A stretch of DNA of 64,000 nt, from the NCBI GenBank assembly GCA_003599505.1, contig QZKO01000045.1:2535-66534 (forward strand), given 5' to 3'. Both the position numbers and the translations under genes were made by a program. This stretch comes from Nitrospiraceae bacterium (GTDB taxonomy: Bacteria > Nitrospirota > Thermodesulfovibrionia > UBA6902). Below the pieces are notes generated by a model, which worked only from the letters and a program-made list of their open reading frames with translations, made no database searches and had not been told where the DNA came from. This document shows positions 10,170-19,234 of this stretch, in pieces. The stretch's first letter is position 1. Every line of letters begins with the position of its first letter.

Positions 10170-11606
10170 ATGACAGGTCAAAAAATCGACATACTCTTCG
10201 CCATCATGGCTGTTCAGGAAGTTGAATTTTTCATTCCCGTTGCCAGGCGGCTCATGCAGGAAGACGGCCTGAATATTTCCTTTCTGACCTTTCATGAGGC
10301 GGGAGATGATATTCTTGAAAGAGAAGGTATCCCTTATTTCAGCCTGCATAAAATCAAAAGGGAAAAGGAAAGAAACGTCAGACAGGCTTCGGGGGATGTT
10401 GAACATATAGAGAAAAAGCTGGGCGTGCGTGTTGAAAACCTGATCTTTCATGAAATGCACATGTCCGGCAGAAACAGAAAGGATTTGATATCAAAGGCTA
10501 CATGTTATGATTCCATATTTAACGACATCCTGAGGAGAAACGACATTGGCTGCGTGGTGCAGGAGCTCGGAGGCTTTATCGCGCCTTTGACCCTATATTA
10601 TGCTTCCGCCGAAAACAGGACCGATCATATATTCATCGAGCCTGCCATGTTCAGAAAAAGGATTGTCTTTACTCTTAACAACCTTTACGCTGACATACCC
10701 TGCTATGAAGACAGGAAGGCGTCAATGAACGACGACCTGAGGAGTCTGCTCGATGACTACAAAGACCGTAAGACCGTTGTCATACCGAAGAAGGACAGGC
10801 ATTTCTTTCAGGACATGACCTTCAGGAGGTTATTTTCATCCGATAATTTCCGCCGCCTTTCAAGAAAACTTTACCACAAATATATACTCGGGCGAGAGGA
10901 AGAGTACAACTGGATTTTTCAGTATGCAGCCATGCACTTGATAAAAGCGGTCAGGAGAAAGGTTCTCGGTATTTACTATACGAATCCTGTTGAAGGAGAG
11001 AAATATGTGTATTATCCGTTTCATGTCCCTCTCGACGTGCAGCTTACGGCCCGGTGCCCGGAGTTTTTCGGGCAGGAATATCTCGTGACCCTGATAGCGA
11101 AAAGTCTTCCTCCGGGTTACAAGCTTTATATAAAAGAACACCCCGCGGCCATCGGAGGACATTCCCTGTCAAAACTGAAAAAAGCCCTTGCCTTGTGCGA
11201 CAACATCAGGCTGATCCAACCGGGGCGTAATTCATATGACATCATCAGGAAGGCCGCCTGCGTCATCACAGTGAATTCAAAAGTCGGTTTTGAAGCCATA
11301 ATACAGGGGAAGGCAGTCATCGTCCTCGGGAAGACCTTTTACAGGGGAAAAGGGATGACCTTCGATGCCGGCAGCAGCCTGAGCGAACTTCCTGAAACTT
11401 TAAAGAAGGCCGTCAACTGCGGTCCTGTAAATCAAGGTGAACGGGACTCCTTCCTGGCCAGGGCATATGACTGGTCGTTCAAAGGCGAACTCTACGAAAA
11501 TAGCCCGGAGAATCTTGCCGACTTTTACAATTCACTGAAGGCTTTTATGCTGGAATCCGGGACGATCCGGGGAAAAGAACCCTGTCTTGAAGGTACGTTA
11601 AGATGA
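10170..11606 (+). CDS. Polysaccharide biosynthesis protein of unclear family (KpsS/Capsule_synth-like or glycerophosphotransferase-like); candidate glycosyltransferase
   Basis: Soluble 478-aa protein in the middle of the glycan locus with 'IKEHPAAIGGHS...VITVNSKVGFEAIIQGKAVIVLGKTFY'. The ATG at 10170 immediately follows the upstream stop. The family assignment is from memory only. Confidence 0.4.
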   Translation: MTGQKIDILFAIMAVQEVEFFIPVARRLMQEDGLNISFLTFHEAGDDILEREGIPYFSLHKIKREKERNVRQASGDVEHIEKKLGVRVENLIFHEMHMSGRNRKDLISKATCYDSIFNDILRRNDIGCVVQELGGFIAPLTLYYASAENRTDHIFIEPAMFRKRIVFTLNNLYADIPCYEDRKASMNDDLRSLLDDYKDRKTVVIPKKDRHFFQDMTFRRLFSSDNFRRLSRKLYHKYILGREEEYNWIFQYAAMHLIKAVRRKVLGIYYTNPVEGEKYVYYPFHVPLDVQLTARCPEFFGQEYLVTLIAKSLPPGYKLYIKEHPAAIGGHSLSKLKKALALCDNIRLIQPGRNSYDIIRKAACVITVNSKVGFEAIIQGKAVIVLGKTFYRGKGMTFDAGSSLSELPETLKKAVNCGPVNQGERDSFLARAYDWSFKGELYENSPENLADFYNSLKAFMLESGTIRGKEPCLEGTLR

Positions 11607-13039
11607 GATATAAAAGAATCTTGCTCCTGTTCCCTGACTATAAGGGCGGGCACTTCGGCGCTCTTCGCCCCCCTGCCGGTCTCGGTTATATCGCAGAGAC
11701 ACTGAAGACGGACCGTATTGATTATGAAGTCGTGGACATGGCCGCAGGGGCTTCGATGGAGGAGCTGAAGGAAAAGATCGTTTCATTTAAACCCGATCTC
11801 GTCGGGATAAGCATGATGACCTTCATGTACAGGAGGTCATATGAAATCATAGGCTATGTCAAGAAAACAAACCCGTCCCTCAAAATAATTGCCGGCGGCC
11901 CTCATGTCTCGACCCTCAGGGAAAAGGTCCTGCAGGAGTGCCCTTCGCTGGACTTCGGGGCGGTACTTGAAGGAGAGATGACGATCCTTGAACTATGCAG
12001 GGGCGTCGATCCGTCTTCGATAAAGGGATTAATTTACAGAAACGGAGAGGATATTATTTTTAACGGCGAAAGGACCTTTATAGACAACCTCGATAATGTC
12101 CCTTTCCCGAAATTTGAAAAATTTCCTCTCGGCAAGTATGTGACCGAGGAAATCGGGATAGTGTCATCGAGGGGTTGTCCGCATGGATGCATATACTGCC
12201 CCGTAAAGGCCGCCATAGGAAGACAATGGCGGAAACGGGGCGCCGACGCGATGGTTGACGAGATACAGTACTGGTATGACAGGGGATACCGCCAGATGAG
12301 TATCCTTGACGACAATTTTACTTTTGAGAGGGCAAGGGTAATTGAAATTTGCGAAAAGATCAAAAGCAGGGACCTCAAGGGCCTTGAACTTAATTGTAAT
12401 AACGGCGTCAGGGCTGACAAGGTGAATCATGAGATTCTCAGGCATATGAGAGAGGCGGGCTTCGCATATCTGGCGTTCGGGGTCGAGGGCGGAAACGACA
12501 AGGTGCTGAAAAACATAAACAAAGGGGTGAAGATGGAGTCCATTGAAAGGGCGATTAAAGAGGCCCTTGAACTCGGCTTCAAAGTGACCCTGTTCTTTAT
12601 AGTCGGTTCGCCCGGAGAGACCATGGACGACATAAAGGATTCCATAAACCTGGCGCTTAAGTATCCTGTGTTCGATGCGAGGTTTTACAACCTGATTCCC
12701 TTCCCGCAAAGCAGGTTATACGATTGGGTCAGGGAGAACAACTATTTTACGGTGGATTCCGAAACATATCTCAACAACTCATCCCAGTGGAGCTGTCAGC
12801 CTGTATTTGAAACTCCTGACCTGAACAGGCAGGAGCGGGAGGAGGCATTGAGAATAGTAAGAGGCGTCAGGAAAAAAATCAGGTATAATTCGATGAGAAG
12901 TTCACTATCAGCGAAACTGGGGCCTGCGGCGTCATTGGTTGCCACACTCTACGTTAACGACTGGGTCCAGGATAAATTGATGAAGAGCGGCGCCCTGAGG
13001 AGAAACCTGAAAAAAGCCTTCATGCGTATTTCACATTAA
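11603..13039 (+). CDS. B12-binding domain radical SAM enzyme (class B rSAM)
   Basis: N-terminal cobalamin-binding-like domain ('LLFPDYKGGHFGALRPPAGLGYIA') and 'CPHGCIYCPV' CxxxCxxC radical SAM cluster motif. Confidence 0.8.
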   Translation: MRYKRILLLFPDYKGGHFGALRPPAGLGYIAETLKTDRIDYEVVDMAAGASMEELKEKIVSFKPDLVGISMMTFMYRRSYEIIGYVKKTNPSLKIIAGGPHVSTLREKVLQECPSLDFGAVLEGEMTILELCRGVDPSSIKGLIYRNGEDIIFNGERTFIDNLDNVPFPKFEKFPLGKYVTEEIGIVSSRGCPHGCIYCPVKAAIGRQWRKRGADAMVDEIQYWYDRGYRQMSILDDNFTFERARVIEICEKIKSRDLKGLELNCNNGVRADKVNHEILRHMREAGFAYLAFGVEGGNDKVLKNINKGVKMESIERAIKEALELGFKVTLFFIVGSPGETMDDIKDSINLALKYPVFDARFYNLIPFPQSRLYDWVRENNYFTVDSETYLNNSSQWSCQPVFETPDLNRQEREEALRIVRGVRKKIRYNSMRSSLSAKLGPAASLVATLYVNDWVQDKLMKSGALRRNLKKAFMRISH

Positions 13040-13043
13040 GACT

Positions 13044-14534
13044 ATGAGAGTATTATTCCTTAATCCCCCGTTCATGTCCCGGCACGGGAAGTTCTCCAGG
13101 GAGCAGCGCAGCCCTGCCGTTACAAAAAGCGGCACTTTTTATTATCCCATGTGGCTCTGCTATGCCGCGGGGCTTCTTGAAAAACACGGCTTTGAGGTCA
13201 GGGTAATAGATGCCCCGGCAAAGCGGATGTCTGTTGAGGACGCCCTTTCCGCGCTCAAAGACTTCGCTCCCGAGCTCATTGTTGTGGACACCTCAACCCC
13301 CAGCATATATGCGGACGCGGACGTTGCCCTCAGGATAAAGGGCCTGACCGGCGGCTTCATCGTCCTCGTAGGCACCCATCCTTCCGCCCTCCCCGAACAG
13401 ACGCTGAAGATAAATGATTGCGTTGACGCGGTCGCCAGGAAAGAGTACGAATATACTGTGCTGGAGCTTGCGTCGCTCATGGAAAAAGGGGCGACGGGCA
13501 GGGAAGCGTTAAGCAAAATTGACGGCCTTTCTTTCAGGCAGGGGGATGAAATATTTCATAACAGGGACAGACAATTTCTTGACGACGTCGATTCGCTCCC
13601 TTTCGTCAGCGAAAGCTACAGGAGGCATCTTGATTACAGGGATTACTTCTACGCCCACAGCAGGCACCCGATTGTTACGCTTATTACGGGCAGGGGTTGT
13701 CCGCATCGTTGCGTGTACTGTCTGTATCCTCAGACCTTCAACGGTCACAGGCTGAGATACCGCAGCATAAAAAATGTCGTGGACGAGATAGAGTACTGCT
13801 ACCGGAATTTCCCTGACCTTAAAGAGATAATGTTTGAGGATGATACCCTGACCGTGAACAAGAAAAGGGCGACGGAATTCGCTCACGAGATATTAAAGAG
13901 GGGACTGAAGTTCAAGTGGTCCGCTAACTCGCGCGCAGACGTCGATCTGGAAACCATGAAGATCCTGAAAAAGGCCGGAGCGAGGCTTTTCTGCGTGGGC
14001 ATAGAAAGCGGGGAGCAGTCCATTCTTGATTCGATGAAAAAGAACCTCAAGGTTGAAAGGATCAAACAATTTTTCATGGATGCCAGGCAGGCCGGCATTC
14101 TGATTCACGGCTGTTTCCTCGTCGGCAATCCCGGCGAGACAGGGGAGACCCTTAAAACCACGCTCGATTTTGCCCTCGAATTAAACCCTGATACCGCCCA
14201 GTTTTTTCCCATCATGGTCTACCCCGGCACAAGCGCGTATGACTGGGCAAAACAGAACAAATACCTGGTGACGGAAGATTTTCAGGAATGGCTTTCCCCG
14301 GAGGGGCTGCATAATTGCGTTCTTTCGCGGCCGGGCCTTTCAAACAGGGAACTTGTCGCATTCTGCGACGAGGCAAGAAAAAAATTTTACATGCGGCCCT
14401 CTTTCATAGCGAGAAAATTTATCCAGGGCCTCTCCAACCCGCAGGAACTCAAAAGGCTCTCAAAGGGCGCCTTCACGCTGTCGAAACACCTGTTAAAGCT
14501 TACACCTGCACTCCGCAAAGGCTGCGACCCTTAG
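13044..14534 (+). CDS. B12-binding domain radical SAM enzyme (class B rSAM), paralogue
   Basis: 'VLFLNPPFMSRHGKF...' B12-binding N-terminus and 'GCPHRCVYCLYP' CxxxCxxC motif. Tandem with the upstream paralogue, 4-nt gap. Confidence 0.8.
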   Translation: MRVLFLNPPFMSRHGKFSREQRSPAVTKSGTFYYPMWLCYAAGLLEKHGFEVRVIDAPAKRMSVEDALSALKDFAPELIVVDTSTPSIYADADVALRIKGLTGGFIVLVGTHPSALPEQTLKINDCVDAVARKEYEYTVLELASLMEKGATGREALSKIDGLSFRQGDEIFHNRDRQFLDDVDSLPFVSESYRRHLDYRDYFYAHSRHPIVTLITGRGCPHRCVYCLYPQTFNGHRLRYRSIKNVVDEIEYCYRNFPDLKEIMFEDDTLTVNKKRATEFAHEILKRGLKFKWSANSRADVDLETMKILKKAGARLFCVGIESGEQSILDSMKKNLKVERIKQFFMDARQAGILIHGCFLVGNPGETGETLKTTLDFALELNPDTAQFFPIMVYPGTSAYDWAKQNKYLVTEDFQEWLSPEGLHNCVLSRPGLSNRELVAFCDEARKKFYMRPSFIARKFIQGLSNPQELKRLSKGAFTLSKHLLKLTPALRKGCDP

Positions 14535-14535
14535 C

Positions 14536-15510
14536 ATGGTTTCCGTCATAGTACCCGCATATAATGCCGAAAAGACGCTCGCCGGGTGTCTCGATTCACT
14601 CACCAGACAGGATTACCGCGGACGTTATGAAGTGATCGTTGTCGATGATGGATCTACCGACTCCACTGCCCGCATTGCTGCAGGGTACTCCGTGGCAAAG
14701 CTGGTAAGACAGGAGAATGCCGGGCCCTCGTCTGCGAGAAATAAAGGGGCTGCCGCGGCTGAAGGCGAGATAATTCTTTTTACGGACTCTGATTGCATGC
14801 CTGAGCCTGACTGGATTTCTGAAATGCTCAGGCCTTTTAATGAAAATCCTGAGATTGTCGGCGTCAAGGGGGCGTATAAAACGCGCCAAAAAGAGCTGGC
14901 CGCGAGGTTTGTCCAAATTGAGTATGAAGACAAGTACGCCTATATGATGAGGAACAAATATATTGATTTTATCGACACCTACTCCGCAGGCTTTAAAAAA
15001 GCCGTCTTCCTTGAAATGGAAGGATATGACACGGAATTTCCCGTAGCCTGCGCCGAGGACATTGAGCTTTCCTACAGATTGTCACGCCGCGGGTACAGGA
15101 TGATTTTCAATCCGGCCGCGATAGTCTATCATATTCACCCCGACCGGTTGACCGGTTATCTGAAAAAGAAATACAAGTTTGCGTACTGGAGGATGCTCGC
15201 GCTCAGGAAAAATCCCGGCAAGTCCCTAAAAGATTCACACACGCCGCAGATGATGAAACTTCAGCTCCTGTTTCCTCCCCTAATCATCGGTAGCGCGATA
15301 CCAGCGCTTCTGTCGGACAAACACCTGTATTTGTCCGGTTTTATCCTGCTTGTGTTGCTCTTTGGAATCACTACGGCGTCATTCACTGTAAGAACTTTAA
15401 AGAGAGATTTCACTGTAGGACTGTTATCCCCGGCGCTGCTGTTTTGCCGGGCGGCGGCGCAATTTTCCGGCGTGCTTTCCGGGATTATTTATATCAGCAA
15501 AAGAAAATAA
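14536..15510 (+). CDS. Family 2 glycosyltransferase with C-terminal TM segments
   Basis: 'VSVIVPAYNAEKTL...VIVVDDGSTDST...FTDSDCMPEPDW' is a GT2 (GT-A, DxD) signature. Confidence 0.8.
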   Translation: MVSVIVPAYNAEKTLAGCLDSLTRQDYRGRYEVIVVDDGSTDSTARIAAGYSVAKLVRQENAGPSSARNKGAAAAEGEIILFTDSDCMPEPDWISEMLRPFNENPEIVGVKGAYKTRQKELAARFVQIEYEDKYAYMMRNKYIDFIDTYSAGFKKAVFLEMEGYDTEFPVACAEDIELSYRLSRRGYRMIFNPAAIVYHIHPDRLTGYLKKKYKFAYWRMLALRKNPGKSLKDSHTPQMMKLQLLFPPLIIGSAIPALLSDKHLYLSGFILLVLLFGITTASFTVRTLKRDFTVGLLSPALLFCRAAAQFSGVLSGIIYISKRK

Positions 15511-15572
15511 ATAGAGGCTGGATGAACGTATAAAAGATAGGTCCGCGTACTTGGGCAGGGAATAAGAATTAA

Positions 15573-16106
15573 TCACCCCTGAATTTCCGTAAGTTCAATC
15601 AGCAGCCTCATTGCCGCAAGCGCGGCTTCCTCTTTGTTTTCGTCCCTGTTTCCCTTTAACCTTAATTCACGGGAAACAGTCTTTCCCACCCTGCCTGCCG
15701 CTATGTAAACCAACCCTCTTTCCTTTCCCTCAAGCGCGTCAGGACCGAGGTTGCCAGTGGCGGATACGGCGTAGTCCGTTTTTGAGAGCAGACGGACCTT
15801 TTCAGCCATCTCCCTTGCAATCTCATCACTGACAACTCCATACCCCGATATCGCATCCGGAGAAATACCGAGTATGCTTCTCTTGATTTCTTCCGAATAG
15901 GCTGTAATCCCCGCTGTAAAGAACTTGCCCGCTCCGGGAAGAGCAGTAATGAAATGACTGATAAGCCCGCCTGTGCAGGATTCTGCAACTGAAAGCGTCA
16001 ACCCCTTATTCCTGAAAAACTCATGCACCTTTGAAATTGCCTCAAAAATCTCCTGCTTCATGCTATAGATTGTAGCACTTCCGGAATAACTTTTAACCGC
16101 GTTCAT
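15573..16106 (-). CDS. CinA-family protein (C-terminal domain, PncC-like nicotinamide-nucleotide amidohydrolase)
   Basis: 'LTLSVAESCTGGLISHFITALPGAGKFF' is the CinA C-terminal domain signature. The true start may be the internal Met (MKQEIFEA, about 16061). Confidence 0.75.
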   Translation of the reverse strand: MNAVKSYSGSATIYSMKQEIFEAISKVHEFFRNKGLTLSVAESCTGGLISHFITALPGAGKFFTAGITAYSEEIKRSILGISPDAISGYGVVSDEIAREMAEKVRLLSKTDYAVSATGNLGPDALEGKERGLVYIAAGRVGKTVSRELRLKGNRDENKEEAALAAMRLLIELTEIQG

Positions 16107-16142
16107 GAACCTGGACGGGTATGGCGGTAAAGCGGCGGGAGG

Positions 16143-16493
16143 TTACTTCAGTATCCTGTTTTTCTCATCTACCCTGATAATAACAGGAGAAAAACCCTTA
16201 ATCTCTTCTTCAGTGTAATAGCAGTATGAAAAGATTATTATCACGTCGCCTACCGTGCCTTTCCTGGCAGCGGGCCCGTTGAGACAGATTACGCCGGAAT
16301 TCCTTTTGCCCGGGATCACATACGTTTCAAACCTCTCGCCGTTATTCAGATTGCTGACCCGGACCTGCTCGTAGGGTATCATTCCGGAGGCTTCAAGCAG
16401 CGCCTCATCCACTGTCAGACTGCCTTCGTAAGTGATATTGGACTCGGTCACAACGGCCTTGTGTATTTTGGCCCTCAACATGCAGCGAAGCAT
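16143..16493 (-). CDS. panD: Aspartate 1-decarboxylase
   Basis: 'MLRCMLRAKIHKAVVTESNITYEGSLTVD' contains the PanD self-processing G-S site region. Confidence 0.9.
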   Translation of the reverse strand: MLRCMLRAKIHKAVVTESNITYEGSLTVDEALLEASGMIPYEQVRVSNLNNGERFETYVIPGKRNSGVICLNGPAARKGTVGDVIIIFSYCYYTEEEIKGFSPVIIRVDEKNRILK

Positions 16494-16576
16494 TATAATT
16501 TCCTCACATTATTACTGATAATATCTGCTAACTTCACGATAACAGATTGATGATACAGGATTCAAGAGTTCGAAGA

Positions 16577-16852
16577 TTATCCTATGATCTTCGGCACTTT
16601 GTAAAAGCCGCCTTCTTTTTCAGGGGCGTTCTGCAGCGCGGTCTCCCCGGGAAGAGAGTCCGTTATCCCATCTTCCCTGAAAACATTTTTTATGGGAAGG
16701 ACATGGGCCGTGGGTTCTATATCCGTCGTATCGAGCTCGTTCAGTTTGTTTACGTACTCAATAATACCGCCGACCTGTCTGGAGAAAAGCTCCTTCTCTT
16801 TTTCTGCCAGATTGAGCCTTGCGAGCAGAGAAACATGCCCGATGTCCATCAA
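16577..16852 (-). CDS. gatC: Asp-tRNA(Asn)/Glu-tRNA(Gln) amidotransferase subunit C
   Basis: 'LARLNLAEKEKELFSRQVGGIIEYVNKLNELDTTDIEPTAHV' is a GatC-family sequence. Confidence 0.8.
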   Translation of the reverse strand: MMDIGHVSLLARLNLAEKEKELFSRQVGGIIEYVNKLNELDTTDIEPTAHVLPIKNVFREDGITDSLPGETALQNAPEKEGGFYKVPKIIG

Positions 16853-18957
16853 ATCTTCTCCAGGTTGGCGAATTTAAGGGAAAGTCTCTTTATCCCGACA
16901 GACGGGAAGTTCACCATGACCTTCACGTCATCCGTCTCTCCATAACTGTCCCTTACCACTCCTATTCCCCACTTCGGGTGCTTTACCCTGGAGCCTGTCA
17001 CAAAGGGAGATGTACCTAAAATATCTCCGGAACGTTGGACCGTCTGGAAAGCGATTTTATCCGTCTTGGGTCTCTTCTCAACGCAGCGGTAACATCCGGC
17101 CGGTATGTCAGCGAGAAACCGCGAAGGCTGCTGCTCCTGCAGAGAGGTATACAATCTCCTCTTTCGGGCCCCGGTCAGAACAAGAAAATCCTGCGCCCGT
17201 GTTACGCCGACATAAAAGAGCCTCCGTTCTTCCGCAAGCTCCTCAGGGTCCTTTATCGCATGGAAGTGCGGCAGGAGACCGTCTTCAAGCCCGGTGATGA
17301 ACACCACCGGGAATTCAAGCCCTTTCGCGCTGTGAAGGGTCAGGAGGGAAACCGCGTCGTCCTCGCAGGCCTCTTCCATCCCGCTGTAAAGTGAAGCAAG
17401 GTCGATAAACCCGCCGATGTCCTTCCCCCCGGTAAGATTTATAAGCTCCGTGACATTGTCGGCTTTTTCCTCACCGATCCAGTCGAGATATCCTGTTTTA
17501 TCACATATCAGTTTTATCAGGTCCGGCAGAGGAGAGTCCCTGTGCGCGATCAGCTCATCCATTATATCCGCAAACCCGCTGATTTTATCTTTCAACGCGG
17601 CCGTGTGAGCGTTACTTCTGAGGATATATTTCATGGTCCGGTAAAGACTTTCTTCCCTCTTGCGGGACTCGCTCTCCACCCTTGTAATAGTAGCCGCGCC
17701 GATCTGCCTCGGCGGACAATTGACGATTCTTTTAAGGCTTACCGTATCATCCGGATTAGCGATTACTTTCAGGTAAGAGATAATATCTTTTATCTCTTTT
17801 CTCTGATAAAAGCTGATCCCTCCGAATATGCGGTAATGCTGTCCGTTATCCCTTAGCGCCTCTTCGAGGGCCCTGGACTGCTGGTTTATCCTGTAAAGGA
17901 CAGCGATGTCTTTATAAGAATACTTGCCTTTAAGATAGAGCTCCTTGATCAGCCTCGATATGTACCGCGCCTCTTCAAGCTCATTGCTCGCGATGCAGTA
18001 ATACACCTTCTCGCCGGCGCCTCTTTCCGTCCAGAGTTTCTTGGGCATTCTTGAAGGATTACGAGCGATAACGCTGTCCGCGATATTGAGAATATTCTGG
18101 GTAGAACGGTAATTCTGCTCCAGGCGGATGACTTTTGTTTTTGAAAAATCTTTTTTAAAGAGGTGGATATTCTTTACCTCTGCGCCCCGGAATTTATAAA
18201 TACTCTGATCGTCGTCTCCCACAACGCAGATGTTTTTATCTTTTGAAGACAGGAGCCTGGCAAGCCTGTACTGGGACACATTCGTATCCTGAAATTCATC
18301 TATCATTATGTGCGAAAACTCTTTCTGGTATTTTTTCAGGACTGCCGGGTGCCTTTCAAACAGCCTGACGCAGAACATGATGAGGTCGTCAAAGTCCAGG
18401 GCGTTATTTTTCCTGAGCTCGTCCTGGTATCTCACATAAACCCGCGCAAACTTTTCGTCAAAGCCGTAGCTGTCTTCACCGGCAAGCAGCTCTTCAGGCC
18501 CGGTGAGTGAGGCCTTGAGAGAGGATATCTTTGATAAAATACCCTTGTAAAGCGCTTCATGTATCCTGAATTCCTTCAATATAGTACGGATAAGGCTGCC
18601 GGAGTCGTCATCGTCATAAATGCAGAAATCCTTACGGAAACCGAGGGTATCTATTTCCTTTCTCAATATCCTTGCCGACAGGGAATGAAAGGTGCCGATC
18701 CATAAGCCGTTCGTGCTTTTCCCTGTAAAGCTTTCTATCCTCTCCTTCATTTCCCCGGCAGCTTTGTTGGTAAACGTCATCGCGAGTATTGAAGCAGGCG
18801 GGACTTTGTGCGCGGTATTGAGGTAGGCAAACCTGTGAGTGATGACCTTTGTCTTGCCGCTTCCCGCGCCGGCAAGAACGAGTAACGGTCCGTTTGTATG
18901 TGTGACCGCTTCCCTCTGCTGAAGATTCAGGTCATTCAGTAATGTGTTTTTCGTCAT
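16849..18957 (-). CDS. ATP-dependent DNA helicase, UvrD/PcrA family
   Basis: 'LNLQQREAVTHTNGPLLVLAGAGSGKTKVITHR' is the SF1 helicase Walker A, and 'TLHSAKGLEFPVVFITGLE' is motif VI. Confidence 0.9.
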   Translation of the reverse strand: MTKNTLLNDLNLQQREAVTHTNGPLLVLAGAGSGKTKVITHRFAYLNTAHKVPPASILAMTFTNKAAGEMKERIESFTGKSTNGLWIGTFHSLSARILRKEIDTLGFRKDFCIYDDDDSGSLIRTILKEFRIHEALYKGILSKISSLKASLTGPEELLAGEDSYGFDEKFARVYVRYQDELRKNNALDFDDLIMFCVRLFERHPAVLKKYQKEFSHIMIDEFQDTNVSQYRLARLLSSKDKNICVVGDDDQSIYKFRGAEVKNIHLFKKDFSKTKVIRLEQNYRSTQNILNIADSVIARNPSRMPKKLWTERGAGEKVYYCIASNELEEARYISRLIKELYLKGKYSYKDIAVLYRINQQSRALEEALRDNGQHYRIFGGISFYQRKEIKDIISYLKVIANPDDTVSLKRIVNCPPRQIGAATITRVESESRKREESLYRTMKYILRSNAHTAALKDKISGFADIMDELIAHRDSPLPDLIKLICDKTGYLDWIGEEKADNVTELINLTGGKDIGGFIDLASLYSGMEEACEDDAVSLLTLHSAKGLEFPVVFITGLEDGLLPHFHAIKDPEELAEERRLFYVGVTRAQDFLVLTGARKRRLYTSLQEQQPSRFLADIPAGCYRCVEKRPKTDKIAFQTVQRSGDILGTSPFVTGSRVKHPKWGIGVVRDSYGETDDVKVMVNFPSVGIKRLSLKFANLEKI

Positions 18958-19234
18958 TCTTCTCCCAAATATGAAGCGCTTTGATAAACAGATTGAAGGA
19001 TTTCTTTACAAAGCCGGATTATTCATAAGCCGGAGCAGGCATGATGGAAAAAAAACATACAGTAAGATACCTTAATTAGTTTTAAGTAATTAGTTGCCGG
19101 ACAAAAACTAACACTATTTCCTGAAACCTTACTTGCTCCGTTTTTATGAACAGACCGGGTTAAGCGTTTATAACATTATATCAGACATAACGGAAATTTG
19201 TTGCCGCTTATGGCTGAATAGATAAAATTTATAC

